From: Actinomycetota bacterium
GTDB lineage: Bacteria > Actinomycetota > Acidimicrobiia > Acidimicrobiales > JAJPHE01
Direction: 5' to 3'
Length of the DNA: 64,000 nt
Assembly (NCBI GenBank): GCA_021325435.1
Contig: JAJPHE010000055.1
Coordinates: 49,906-113,905 of the forward strand
The translations under genes were made by a program, and so were the position numbers. Below are positions 34,133 through 45,747 of this stretch, one piece after another; positions within the stretch are counted from its first letter, which is position 1; each line of letters begins with the position of its first letter. A model generated the notes under the pieces. That model saw only the letters and a list, made by a program, of their open reading frames with translations, was not told the DNA's origin and searched no databases.

Positions 34133-34423
34133 ATGACCCCGGGCGCCCCCCAGCCGATCGATGTCACACCCCCCGGCCAGGATTACCCCATGTTCGCCAC
34201 GACCGACTGGGACTCCGCCCCGCCCATCACCGCCGCGCCCGCCCCCAGGTGTCCCCGCCGGACGTCAGCTCCCTCCCTCGGGCTGGCCTGCCTTCTGGCC
34301 GTGGCCTTCGGCCTGGTGGTCGCCGCCCATCTCGCCGGGGGCTGGCCCCGACTGGTTCTGGCCGTGGCCGCCTGCTCGTGGTCGGCCAGCGCCCTCGCCC
34401 GCTCGGCCACGCCGGGGGGCTAG
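34133..34423 (+). CDS. small hypothetical membrane protein
   Basis: Strong GC3 bias in this frame, two hydrophobic helices, and a start 6 nt after the gabD stop. No recognisable family. Confidence 0.35.
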   Translation: MTPGAPQPIDVTPPGQDYPMFATTDWDSAPPITAAPAPRCPRRTSAPSLGLACLLAVAFGLVVAAHLAGGWPRLVLAVAACSWSASALARSATPGG

Positions 34424-34428
34424 CGGGG

Positions 34429-35583
34429 TCAGTACGAGCGGGGGAGGCCCAACGAGTGCTGGGCCACGTAGTTCAGGATCATCTCCCGGCTGACCGGCGC
34501 CGTGCGCTGCAGGCGGGTGAACCCCCACAGGTCGGCCAGCCCGTACTCGGAGGAGAGCCCGTTCCCCCCGTGGGTCTGGATGGCCTGGTCGAGAGCGGCC
34601 AGGGCCGCCTCGGCCGCCGCGTACTTGGCCATGTTGGCCGCCTCACTGGCGTCGAGGCCCCGGTCGTGCAGCCACGCCGCCTTCTGGGTCATCAGCCGGG
34701 CCAGCTCGGACTCCACCTTGGCCTTGGCCAGCGGGTGGGAGATCCCCTGGTGCGCCCCGATCGGAACGTTCCACACCCGCCGGTCGCGGGCGTACTCGGC
34801 GGCCCGGTCGAGGGCGTAGCGGGCCAGCCCGTTCGAGATCGAGGCCCCGGTGATCCGCTCCGGGTTGAGGCCGGTGAAGACCTGGCGGAGGCCTTCCCCC
34901 TCGGCGCCGATCAGCCGGTCGGGGCCCACCTCCACATCGTCGAAGTGCAGGGTGAACTGCTTTTCCGGGGCGACGATCTCCACCGGTATGAGGCTTTTCT
35001 CCAACCCAGGGGCGTCGAGGTCCACCACGAACAGCGACAGCCGGCCCCGACCGGTGCGCTCGTCTGTCCCCGTCCGGGTGACGACGAGGAGCGCCTCGGC
35101 CTCGTCGGCGCCGGAGATGTAGTGCTTGGTGCCCCGGATGCGGTAGCCGCCCTGGTAAGGGGTGGCCACCGTGGAGATCTGGTGGGAGTTCGACCCGGCG
35201 TCGGGCTCGGTGATGGCAAAGGCCATCTTGAGCTCACCGGTGGCGAAGCGGGGCAGCCACTGCTGGCGCTGCTCCTCGCTGCCGTGGCGGGCGATGACCG
35301 TGGCGCAGATGGCCGGTGACACCACCAGCAGCAGCAACGGGCAGCCGGCGGCGGCCAGCTCCTCGCAGACGATGGCCAGCTCGGAGATGCCCATGCCGCC
35401 CCCGCCGTAGGCCTCGGGCACGTTGACGCCCAGGTAGCCCTGGCCGGCCAGGGCGTCCCACAGCTCGTCGGACTTCTCGCCCTGCCGGGCCTTGGTCACG
35501 AAGTAGCGGTGCCCGAAGCTGGCTGCGATCTTGGCCACGGCCGAGCGCAGCAGGCTCTGTTCGGAGGTCTCGGCGAAGTCCAC
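34429..35583 (-). CDS. acyl-CoA dehydrogenase
   Basis: AFAITEPDAGSN, TKHYISGA, and the C-terminal QTHGGNGLSSEYGLADLW...REMILNYV pattern. Confidence 0.85.
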   Translation of the reverse strand: MDFAETSEQSLLRSAVAKIAASFGHRYFVTKARQGEKSDELWDALAGQGYLGVNVPEAYGGGGMGISELAIVCEELAAAGCPLLLLVVSPAICATVIARHGSEEQRQQWLPRFATGELKMAFAITEPDAGSNSHQISTVATPYQGGYRIRGTKHYISGADEAEALLVVTRTGTDERTGRGRLSLFVVDLDAPGLEKSLIPVEIVAPEKQFTLHFDDVEVGPDRLIGAEGEGLRQVFTGLNPERITGASISNGLARYALDRAAEYARDRRVWNVPIGAHQGISHPLAKAKVESELARLMTQKAAWLHDRGLDASEAANMAKYAAAEAALAALDQAIQTHGGNGLSSEYGLADLWGFTRLQRTAPVSREMILNYVAQHSLGLPRSY

Positions 35584-35626
35584 CGGTTGATTGTCGCAGG
35601 CCCGGCCGGTCGCCGGCGGCCGCCCG

Positions 35627-36268
35627 TCAGTGGACGGTGACGGTGCCCTGGGTGCCGTCGACGGTCACCATGGCCCCGTCGGGCACCTTGTTGGTGGCGT
35701 CGGTGACCGACACGACACAGGGGATGCCGAGCTCCCTCGAGACGATGACGGCGTGGGTGATCTGGGCCCCGACGTTCACCACCACGGCCGCGGCGGGCAC
35801 GAAAAGAGGTGTCCACGAGGGGTCGGTGATCGGGGCGATCAACACGTCCCCGGGCTCCAGGGCCTGCGGGTGGGACGGGTCGAGAACCACCCGGGCCCTA
35901 CCGGTGGCCTTTCCGGGGCAGCCGGGGATTCCCGTGAGGGTGGTGCCGGGCTTGACGGTGGCGGCGCCGTGCTGGTCGCGCCGCTTCCACTGGGACAGCG
36001 GAGGCACCTCACCCACGACGATGAACGGAGGCTCGAGGGCGAAGAGTTCCTCGTAGGCGGCGGCCCGGGTCTGGACGACCGAGGTGAACGAGGCGGGGTC
36101 GGCCACGAAGTCGTCCAGCTCCTCGTCGGTCAGCATGAAGACGTCGGCCAGGTGGGCCAAGTGCCCGGCCTCGGCCATGCGTCGTCCCAGCTGGCGGAAG
36201 GCGAGGCGCGCCTCGTGGACGATCCTGATGTTGTTGGTCTTGGTGCGCTCGCGGCCCGGCAGGAACAC
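35627..36268 (-). CDS. PEP-utilizing-enzyme swivel (phosphohistidine) domain fragment, the C-terminal part of a gene split by an in-frame TAG
   Basis: GIPGCPGKATGRARVV...GDVLIAPITDPSWTPLF...VVNVGAQITHAVIVSRELGIPCVV. It is in the same frame as ORF 36332-37357, separated by TAG plus 21 sense codons. Confidence 0.7.
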   Translation of the reverse strand: MFLPGRERTKTNNIRIVHEARLAFRQLGRRMAEAGHLAHLADVFMLTDEELDDFVADPASFTSVVQTRAAAYEELFALEPPFIVVGEVPPLSQWKRRDQHGAATVKPGTTLTGIPGCPGKATGRARVVLDPSHPQALEPGDVLIAPITDPSWTPLFVPAAAVVVNVGAQITHAVIVSRELGIPCVVSVTDATNKVPDGAMVTVDGTQGTVTVH

Positions 36269-36331
36269 CCGGGCGCAGCGCAGGCCGGCGCCGAACTGGG
36301 CCCGGGCCTCGTCGTTTCCGGCCAGGGCCGC

Positions 36332-37357
36332 CTAGACCTCGGCGGCGGCGGCGTGCTGTTGGGCGGCCAGCCGCTCGGTATGCAGGCGGGGCGAGGCGTC
36401 GTCGTCGGCGAGGCGCATCCGATCGACGGCGGCCAGGGCCAGCTCGGGGCGGGTGCCCCAGGTGTCGGATCGCAGCTCCCACTCGTTGGGCCCCCGCGAC
36501 CCGTAGCGACGGAGGAAGTCGGCGAACGAGCTGAGGAAAGCGTCGCAGTCGGCGTCGTCCGCTGCCCTCAGGCGGGCCTCCAGGCCGTCGACGCCGCCGT
36601 CGAAGGCGGACGTCAGCCGCTTCGAGGAGCGCACCCGACGCGACAGGTCCCACATCTCCCACGACGGAGCGGCCGAGTCGACCCCGCCCGTCGCCGCCGC
36701 CAGCTGCATGGTCAGCTCGGGACGACCGATGGCGGCGCAGACGCCGGCCACCGTGCCGAGACCCACTCCGGAGCCGCTCGACACGATGATGTGGCGCTCG
36801 AACAGCGACCTCCAGTGGGGGATCATGGCCCGGGCCCGGGCGACCAGCTCAGCGGGTGACAGCGCCGCCAGGTCCGGTCGGGCCCCCACCACCTCTTCGA
36901 CCCGGCTCTGGTCCTCGACCAGCTCCGGCAGGGCCTCGGCGGTCAGGAACCAGCCGAACAGCCGGCTGAGCGCCTCAGTGTGGCGGGGACTCTCGTCGGT
37001 GGGGCGGGGCTGGTAGGGCGGGATGCCCGGCATCTCGCCGAAGTACTGGAAGTCGACCATCTCCGGAGTCATGCCCGGCGCCCGCACCCCGAAGATCCGG
37101 GTCATCGACATGTTGAGGTAGAGGTAGCCCCCGAACGACCCCACGCAGTTGGGCTGGTCGGCGTCGAACTCCTCACGGTCGAAGGTGCCGCCGCTCACGT
37201 AGGCGTCCTGCCAGCCCAGCTCCGAGGCCTTCATCATGCCGAAGGTGCCGAACAGCGGCGACATGGGGTCGGGGCACACCTCGCCGGCGTTGGCCCGGGT
37301 GTAGATGGGATAGGTGGGGCTCGGCTCGTTGTCGGTGATCCAGCGCTCGAGCGGCAT
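36332..37357 (-). CDS. N-terminal part of the same PEP-utilizing-family gene (unknown substrate domain)
   Basis: 341-aa ORF ending at TAG 36332-36334. Downstream sequence continues in frame (AALAGNDEARAQFGAGLRCAR VFLPGRERTKTN...). Confidence 0.65.
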   Translation of the reverse strand: MPLERWITDNEPSPTYPIYTRANAGEVCPDPMSPLFGTFGMMKASELGWQDAYVSGGTFDREEFDADQPNCVGSFGGYLYLNMSMTRIFGVRAPGMTPEMVDFQYFGEMPGIPPYQPRPTDESPRHTEALSRLFGWFLTAEALPELVEDQSRVEEVVGARPDLAALSPAELVARARAMIPHWRSLFERHIIVSSGSGVGLGTVAGVCAAIGRPELTMQLAAATGGVDSAAPSWEMWDLSRRVRSSKRLTSAFDGGVDGLEARLRAADDADCDAFLSSFADFLRRYGSRGPNEWELRSDTWGTRPELALAAVDRMRLADDDASPRLHTERLAAQQHAAAAEV

Positions 37358-37360
37358 CGT

Positions 37361-38167
37361 CTAGGTGTACTCCCACACCAGGGGCTGGACGGCGCCGGTT
37401 CCCAGCAGCTCGGCCGGGCTCTTCTTGTCGATGTGGCCGATCAGCCCGTTGTAGATGCCGTAGCCCACCAGCTCCTGCAGTCGGGGCGGGAAAGTGCGCA
37501 CCAAGTCGGGGGGGATGCCCAGCTGCTGGTTCTCCTGCTGGCGGATGAACCCGGCGCAATAGTTCATGGCGATTCCCACCCGGCGCTGCGAGGAACGGTT
37601 GGCGCCTCCGCCGTGCCACAAGCTGCCGTTCCAGACCAGGACGCTGCCCTTCGGCATCTCGGCGGCCACGGTGTCGTACTCGCCCCCGTAGTCGGGCGAG
37701 CGGTCCGCCAGGTGGCTTCCGGGGACGAGCCGGGTGGCCCCGTTCTCCTCGGTGAAGTCGGTGAGGGCCCACATGGTGTTGCAGACCGTGGCCACGTGGG
37801 GCTTGCCGAGAGGGATCAGCTGGTCGTCGGCGTGGATCGGCTGGGCGGACTCGCCCGGGCAGATCGAGATCGACGACAGCGAGGAGACCAGGCAGCCGGG
37901 GTCGAGGACGCCCTCCACGACGGGCAGCACCTCCGGGTGGACCGGAATGCGCTGGTACAGGGGGCCCTTCGCCAACAGGTTGTAGATCCGCACCGTGGCC
38001 CGCCCCTCGAAGCCATTGTCGGCGGGCACCACCGCATCACGCCGCTCGACCGCCACCAGGTCCTCGGCCAGGGCGTCGATCAGATCGGCCTCGATGACCC
38101 GCTCGAGGATGGTGTAGCCATCCTGGGCCAGGCGGTCGAGATGCTGGCGGAGCTGGGAGCCGTCCAT
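37361..38167 (-). CDS. phytanoyl-CoA dioxygenase (PhyH) family Fe(II)/2-oxoglutarate oxygenase
   Basis: QPIHADD (HxD facial triad), [18 protein letters not shown]. Confidence 0.8.
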   Translation of the reverse strand: MDGSQLRQHLDRLAQDGYTILERVIEADLIDALAEDLVAVERRDAVVPADNGFEGRATVRIYNLLAKGPLYQRIPVHPEVLPVVEGVLDPGCLVSSLSSISICPGESAQPIHADDQLIPLGKPHVATVCNTMWALTDFTEENGATRLVPGSHLADRSPDYGGEYDTVAAEMPKGSVLVWNGSLWHGGGANRSSQRRVGIAMNYCAGFIRQQENQQLGIPPDLVRTFPPRLQELVGYGIYNGLIGHIDKKSPAELLGTGAVQPLVWEYT

Positions 38168-38173
38168 GGCCGA

Positions 38174-38179
38174 ACGCTA
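38174..38179 (-). promoter_or_regulatory. -10 hexamer TAGCGT, 6 nt upstream of ATG 38167 (leaderless candidate)
   Basis: TANNNT match. No SD. Confidence 0.4.
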
Positions 38180-38292
38180 TCGTCGCGGCCCCCGTGGCGG
38201 CTGCCACCGGGGCCGCCGCCATGTATCCTGTTGGCAGTTCGCCGCTGGGCCAACGTCGTCCCGGAACGGCTGTCGGAGCACCTTTCCCTGGG

Positions 38293-41200
38293 ATGACGAA
38301 CATGACCTTTGGACGACGGGCCCCCGAGGGCCTCTACCAGCCGGCCTTCGAGCACGACGCCTGTGGGGTCGCCTTCGTGGTGGACATGAAGGGACGGCGC
38401 AGCCACCGCATCGTGGAGCAGGGCCTCACCGCCCTGCTGAACCTCGAGCACCGGGGCGCCTCCGGCTCGGAGACCAACACCGGAGACGGGGCGGGCATCC
38501 TGATCCAGGTCCCCGACCGGTTCCTCCGGGCCGTCGCCGGCTTCCACCTGCCATCCGCCGGCTCCTACGGGGTGGGCCTGGCCTTCCTGCCGGCCGAGGA
38601 TCCCGACGGCGCCGCCGGGGCTCTCGACAAGGTGGTCGCCGCCGAGGGGCTCGAAGTCCTGGGCTGGCGTCCGGTGCCGTTCGACGACTCGATGATCGGC
38701 GCCACCGCCCGTTCGGTCGAGCCGGTGTTCCGTCAGCTGTTCGTGGCCGGCGCCGGCCTGTCGGGCCTCGACCTCGAGCGCCGGCTGTTCATGCTGCGCA
38801 AGCGGGCCGAGCGCGAGGTGCCGGCGGTGTACTTCCCGAGCCTGTCCAGCCGGACCCTCGTCTACAAGGGGATGCTCACCGCTCCCCAGGTGCAGCGGTT
38901 CTTCACCGACCTGGCCGACGAGCGGCTCGACAGCGCCCTGGCCCTGGTGCACTCGCGGTTTTCGACGAACACCTTCCCCTCGTGGCCGCTGGCCCACCCC
39001 TACCGCATGATCGCCCACAACGGCGAGATCAACACCCTCCAGGGGAACCGCAACTGGATGAGGGCGCGCGAGGCCCTAATCGCCAGCCCGCACCTCACCG
39101 GCGACCTCGAGCGGATCTTCCCCATCTGCACCCCCGGCGCCAGCGACTCGGCATCATTCGACGAGGTGCTCGAGCTGCTCCACATGGGCGGCCGGTCCCT
39201 GCCCCATGCCGTGCTCATGATGGTGCCCGAGGCGTGGGAGAACCACGAGTCGATGGACCCGGCCCGCCGGGCCTTCTACCAGTTCCACGCCTCGCTGATG
39301 GAGCCGTGGGACGGGCCGGCGGCGGTGGCCTTCACCGACGGGACGGTGATCGGCTCGGTCCTCGACCGCAACGGGCTGCGCCCGCTGCGCTACTGGGTGA
39401 GCGCCGACGGCCTGGTCGTCATGGCCTCCGAGGCGGGGGTGCTGGACATCCCCGCCAGCGAGGTGGTGGAGAAGGGTCGGATCCAACCCGGCCGGATGTT
39501 CCTGGTTGACACGTCTCGCGGCCGCATCGTCGCCGACGACGAGATCAAGGCCGAGCTGGCCGCCGAGCACCCGTACCAGGAGTGGCTCGACGCCGGCCTG
39601 GTCCACATGGACGATCTGCCCCCCCGTGACATGCTGACGCCCCAGCACGCCTCGGTGGTGCGTCACCAGCGGGTGTTCGGCTACACCCAGGAGGAGCTCA
39701 AGATCCTTCTGGCCCCGATGGCGCAGAAGGGCGCCGAACCCATCGGCTCGATGGGGACGGACACGCCGCTCGCCGTGCTGTCGGACCGGCCCCGCCTCCT
39801 GTTCGACTACTTCAGCCAGCTGTTCGCCCAGGTGACCAACCCGCCCCTGGACGCCATCCGCGAGGAGCTGGTCACCTCCCTTTCCGCCACCATCGGGCCC
39901 GAAGGCAACCTTTTGGAGCCGACGCCGAAGTCGTGCCGCCAGGTCGTCCTGCCCTTCCCGGTGATCGACAACTACGACCTGGCCAAGCTGCGCTACATCA
40001 ACGAGCACGGCGAGACGCCGGGGTTCCGGGCGGTCGCCATCGACGGGCTCTACCCGGTCGCCGGCGGCGGCGCCGCCCTCCGTCAGGCGCTGGAGGACGT
40101 GCGGGTGAAGGTGAGCGCGGCGATCGACGACGGCGCCAACGTCATCATCCTCTCGGACCGGTTCAGCTCCGACGAGCTCGCCCCGATCCCCTCGCTGCTG
40201 CTGACCTCCGCCGTCCACCACCACCTGATCCGACAGAAGACCCGCACCCGTGTCGGCCTGGTCGTCGAGGCGGGGGACGCCCGCGAGGTCCATCACGTGG
40301 CCCTCCTCATCGGATATGGCGCCGCCGCCGTCAACCCCTACCTCGCCTTCGAGACGATCGACGACATGATCACCACCGGGGCCCTCAAGGGGGTGACCCG
40401 CCATCAGGCCATCCACCACTACGTGAAGGCGCTGGGCAAGGGCGTGCTCAAAGTGATGTCCAAGATGGGCATCTCCACCGTGGCGTCCTACACCGGCGCC
40501 CAGGTGTTCGAGGCCATCGGCCTCGGCAAGGACCTGGTCGACGAGTACTTCGCCGGCACGGTCAGCCGGCTCGGGGGGATCGGCCTCGACGAGATCGCGG
40601 CGGAGGTGGCGGCCCGCCACGCCCGGGGCTACCCGGACCGCCCGGAGGAACTCGTTCACCGCCCCCTCGAGGTGGGAGGGGAGTACCAGTGGCGGCGCGA
40701 GGGGGAGTTCCACCTCTTCAACCCCGAGACCGTGTACCGGCTCCAGCACGGCACCCGGTCCAAGCGCTACTCCATCTTCAAGGACTACACCCGCCTGGTG
40801 GACGACCAGTCGAACCGGCTGGCGACCCTGCGGGGTCTGTTCCAGCTGCGCACGGGCGTGCGCCCGCCCGTGCCGATCGAGGAGGTCGAGCCGATCTCGG
40901 AGATCGTGAAGCGGTTCTCCACCGGCGCCATGTCCTACGGCTCCATCTCGGCCGAGGCCCACGAGACCCTGGCGGTGGCCATGAACCGGCTCGGGGGGCG
41001 GTCCAACACCGGGGAAGGCGGTGAGGATCCCGAGCGCTTCGTGCCCGACCCCAACGGCGACCTGCGCCGTAGCGCCATCAAGCAGGTGGCCTCGGGGCGG
41101 TTCGGCGTCACCAGCGAGTACCTGGTCAACGCCGACGACCTGCAGATCAAGATCGCCCAGGGGGCCAAGCCCGGAGAAGGCGGACAGCTGCCCGGCCACA

Positions 41201-42823
41201 AGGTCTACCCGTGGATCGCCAAGACCCGGTACTCGACGCCCGGTGTGGGGCTCATCTCGCCCCCGCCGCACCACGACATCTACTCCATCGAGGACATCGC
41301 CCAGCTCATCCACGACCTCAAGAACGCCAATCCGCGGGCCAGGGTCCACGTGAAGCTGGTGGCCGAGGTCGGGGTGGGCACGGTGGCGGCCGGGGTGTGC
41401 AAGGCCCACGCTGACGTGGTCCTGATCTCCGGCCACGACGGGGGCACCGGCGCCTCCCCGCTGACGTCCCTCAAGCACGCCGGCGCCCCTTGGGAGCTCG
41501 GCCTGGCCGAGACCCAGCAAACCCTGCTGCTCAACGGCCTGCGCGACCGCATCGTCGTCCAGGTCGATGGGCAGATGAAGACCGGACGCGACGTGGTCAT
41601 CGCCGCCCTGCTCGGCGCCGAGGAGTACGGCTTCGCCACCGCCCCGTTGGTCGTGTCGGGCTGCATCATGATGCGGGTCTGCCACCTCGACACCTGTCCG
41701 GTGGGCATCGCCACCCAGAACCCCGAGCTGCGCAAGCGGTTCAGCGGCAAGCCGGAGTTCGTGGAGACCTTCTTCGAGTACATCGCCGAGGAGGTCCGCG
41801 AGTACCTCGCCGAGTTGGGCTTCCGCTCCCTCGACGAGGCGATCGGCCACGTGGAGATGCTCGACACCCGGGCGGCGGTCGACCACTGGAAGGCCCACGG
41901 CCTCGACCTCTCCCCGATACTGCACGTGCCGGAGCTGCCCGAAGACGCCGCCCGGCGCTGCGTGACCGTTCAGGACCACGGGCTCGATCGGGCGCTCGAC
42001 AACGTCCTCATCGAGCGATCGGCGCCGGCACTCGAGGACGGCCGGCGGGTGGAGATCGATCTGCCCATCCGCAACGTGAACCGAACGGTCGGAACCATGC
42101 TCGGCTCCGAGGTCACCCGCCGCTACGGCGGCACCGGTCTCCCCGACGACACGATCACCGTTCGGCTGACCGGCTCGGCCGGCCAGAGCTTCGGAGCCTT
42201 CGTGCCCCGCGGCATCACCCTGCGCCTCGCCGGTGATGCCAACGACTACCTGGGCAAGGGCCTGTCCGGCGGGCGGATCCTCGTTCAGCCGCCCCCCGAG
42301 GCGCCGTTCGCGGCCGAGGCCAACGTCGTCGCCGGCAACGTGAGCTTCTACGGGGCGACCGGCGGCGAGGCGTTCATCAGGGGCGTGGTGGGGGAGCGCT
42401 TCTGCGTGCGCAACTCCGGGGTTACGGCGGTGGTCGAAGGGGTCGGCGACCATGGGTGCGAGTACATGACGGGCGGCCTCGTCGTGGTCCTCGGCTCGAC
42501 CGGGCGGAACTTCGGCGCCGGCATGTCCGGGGGAGCGGCCTACGTCTACGACCGCGACGCCACCTTCGCCACCCGGCTCAACCGCGAGATGGTCGATCTC
42601 GACCCGCTCGAGGAGGAGGACCGGGCCACGCTGGTGGAGCTCGTCCGCCGCCACCTGGCCGAGACCGGTTCGACGGTGGCCGAGCGGCTGCTCGCCGGGT
42701 GGGACATCGAGGTCGGGCGGTTCGTGAAGGTCATGCCCCGCGACTACAAGCGGGTCCGTGAGGCGGTGCGTCGGGCCGAGGCCGAAGGCCGTTCGGTGGA
42801 CGAAGCGGTGATGGAGGCGGCCC

Positions 42824-42831
<8 letters not shown>
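38293..42831 (+). CDS. gltB: glutamate synthase large subunit
   Basis: [11 protein letters not shown] provides the Ntn Cys. FMN/Fe-S central domain and C-terminal [13 protein letters not shown] beta-helix are present, about 1512 aa. ATG 38293 or 38302. Confidence 0.95.
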
Positions 42832-44281
<1,450 letters not shown>

Positions 44282-44295
44282 GCTCGGGGGTGCGC

Positions 44296-44327
44296 GAAAG
44301 GGGCCGCCCCGAAGGACGGCCCCTTTC
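44296..44327. terminator. bidirectional hairpin between convergent gltD and the ABC substrate-binding gene
   Basis: 11-bp perfect stem GAAAGGGGCCG/CGGCCCCTTTC with a 10-nt loop, 15 nt after the gltD stop and 21 nt after the minus-strand stop. Confidence 0.55.
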
Positions 44328-44347
44328 GGCTTCAGCGGTGAAGCTGA

Positions 44348-45700
44348 CTAGCTGTTCAGGTTGGACGGCGGTTGGGGCTGGGTGTAGTTGCTGACCGACG
44401 GGGCGCTGCTGCTGTCGTCGGTGGTGTAGACCGAACCCTGAGGCACCAACGTCGAGCCGTCCTTGTTGACGGCGATCTGCTCTCCGGTGAATCCGGCGTT
44501 GGAGCCGGACGAGAAGGCGAACGGAACGATGCCCGGACCCCCCAAGTCGGCGCTGTGCAACGTCTTTATGACGCTGTCGCGGGTCGGGTTGACTCCGGCC
44601 TGGTCCATCAGCCGGACGAAGGTGTAACCCACCGACTCTCCGTAGAGGACGTTGCCGTCCCACGGAAGGGTCGGGATGTACTGGTCGTGGATCTTCTTGA
44701 ACAGGGCGATCCACGGGTTGGAGGTGTCGTTCAGGGCCGGCAGGTAGGTGCCGGTCACCATGCCCGTAAGGAGGCTGCCGCCGGCCTTGCCCGACGAGAA
44801 CTTGGTCAGCAGACCGGACAGGGTGGGCGGGTCAGACCCGACGCTAGAGACGACCCAGGTCGGGTGGTAGCCGATCTTGGCTGCCTGCAGCAGGACCAGG
44901 GCGGTGAAGGCAGGGATGGTGTAGAGGGCGACGACCTGGGCGCCCTTGGCCTGGAGGGCGGCCACCTGGGGACCGACGTTGATGTTGTTCACGTCGTAGG
45001 GCTGCTTGGTGACCACGTCGGAAGCGGGTATCTCGTAGTCGAGACCCTTGATGCCGTCCTGGCCGAAGTCGTCGTTCTGGTATACGTAGCCGACCTTCTT
45101 GCCGGACAGGCTCTGCTTGATGTACTGCCCGAGGATCTTGCCCTCACGGATGTAGTCGGTCTGCCAACCGGAGGTGTAGGGATACTTGCTGGGCTGGTCC
45201 CAGCAGATGCAGCCGGAGGCGACGAACAGGTCGGGGACCTTCTCCGAGTTCAGGAAGGCCTCCACGGCCGAGTGGGTGGGCGTTCCCAAGCCGTTGAAGA
45301 TGGCGAAGACGTTGTCCTGCAGCACCAGCTTGCGGACCACGGTCGTGGTCTGGCTGGGGTTGTAGGCGTCGTCCTCGTAGGTGTACTTGATCTGGCGGCC
45401 GTGCACACCGCCCTTGGAGTTCACGTACTGGAACAGGGCGTTGGCCGCCGGGGCGATCTCGCTGTAGCCCGGGGCGGCTGGCCCGGTCAGGGGCTGATGG
45501 CTGCCGATCGTGATCGAGTTGGCGGTGATGCCCGGTGCCGAGGCCGTGGGCGTGCCGCCGCCTCCGCTGCCGCCGCTGGTCGTGCTGGATGAGCCGGTGC
45601 TCGAGCCGCTCGGGCTGCTGGAGCCGCAGGCGGCCGCCAGCATTCCGAACGCCGCGACCACCGCCACGGAGCGCAAGACCTTGGAGGTCGTGGATCCCAT
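44348..45700 (-). CDS. Liv-type ABC substrate-binding lipoprotein
   Basis: Start at MGSTTSK (ATG 45700) with GAGAAGGGA upstream. Lipobox LAAAC, Gly/Ser linker, and type-I PBP pattern (ITIGSHQPLTGPAA...YVNSKGGVHGRQIKY). Confidence 0.8.
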   Translation of the reverse strand: MGSTTSKVLRSVAVVAAFGMLAAACGSSSPSGSSTGSSSTTSGGSGGGGTPTASAPGITANSITIGSHQPLTGPAAPGYSEIAPAANALFQYVNSKGGVHGRQIKYTYEDDAYNPSQTTTVVRKLVLQDNVFAIFNGLGTPTHSAVEAFLNSEKVPDLFVASGCICWDQPSKYPYTSGWQTDYIREGKILGQYIKQSLSGKKVGYVYQNDDFGQDGIKGLDYEIPASDVVTKQPYDVNNINVGPQVAALQAKGAQVVALYTIPAFTALVLLQAAKIGYHPTWVVSSVGSDPPTLSGLLTKFSSGKAGGSLLTGMVTGTYLPALNDTSNPWIALFKKIHDQYIPTLPWDGNVLYGESVGYTFVRLMDQAGVNPTRDSVIKTLHSADLGGPGIVPFAFSSGSNAGFTGEQIAVNKDGSTLVPQGSVYTTDDSSSAPSVSNYTQPQPPSNLNS

Positions 45701-45747
45701 GTGTGGTCCCTTCTCGCCGTGCGGGGTCTCCCCCCGCCGCGCGGACC

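Noticed and set aside
38232-38246. TGGCAG-N5-CGCT upstream of gltB, resembling a sigma-54 -24/-12 promoter.
   Set aside because: The -12 element does not match TTGC. Actinomycetota are not known to encode RpoN, and no enhancer-binding protein is nearby.
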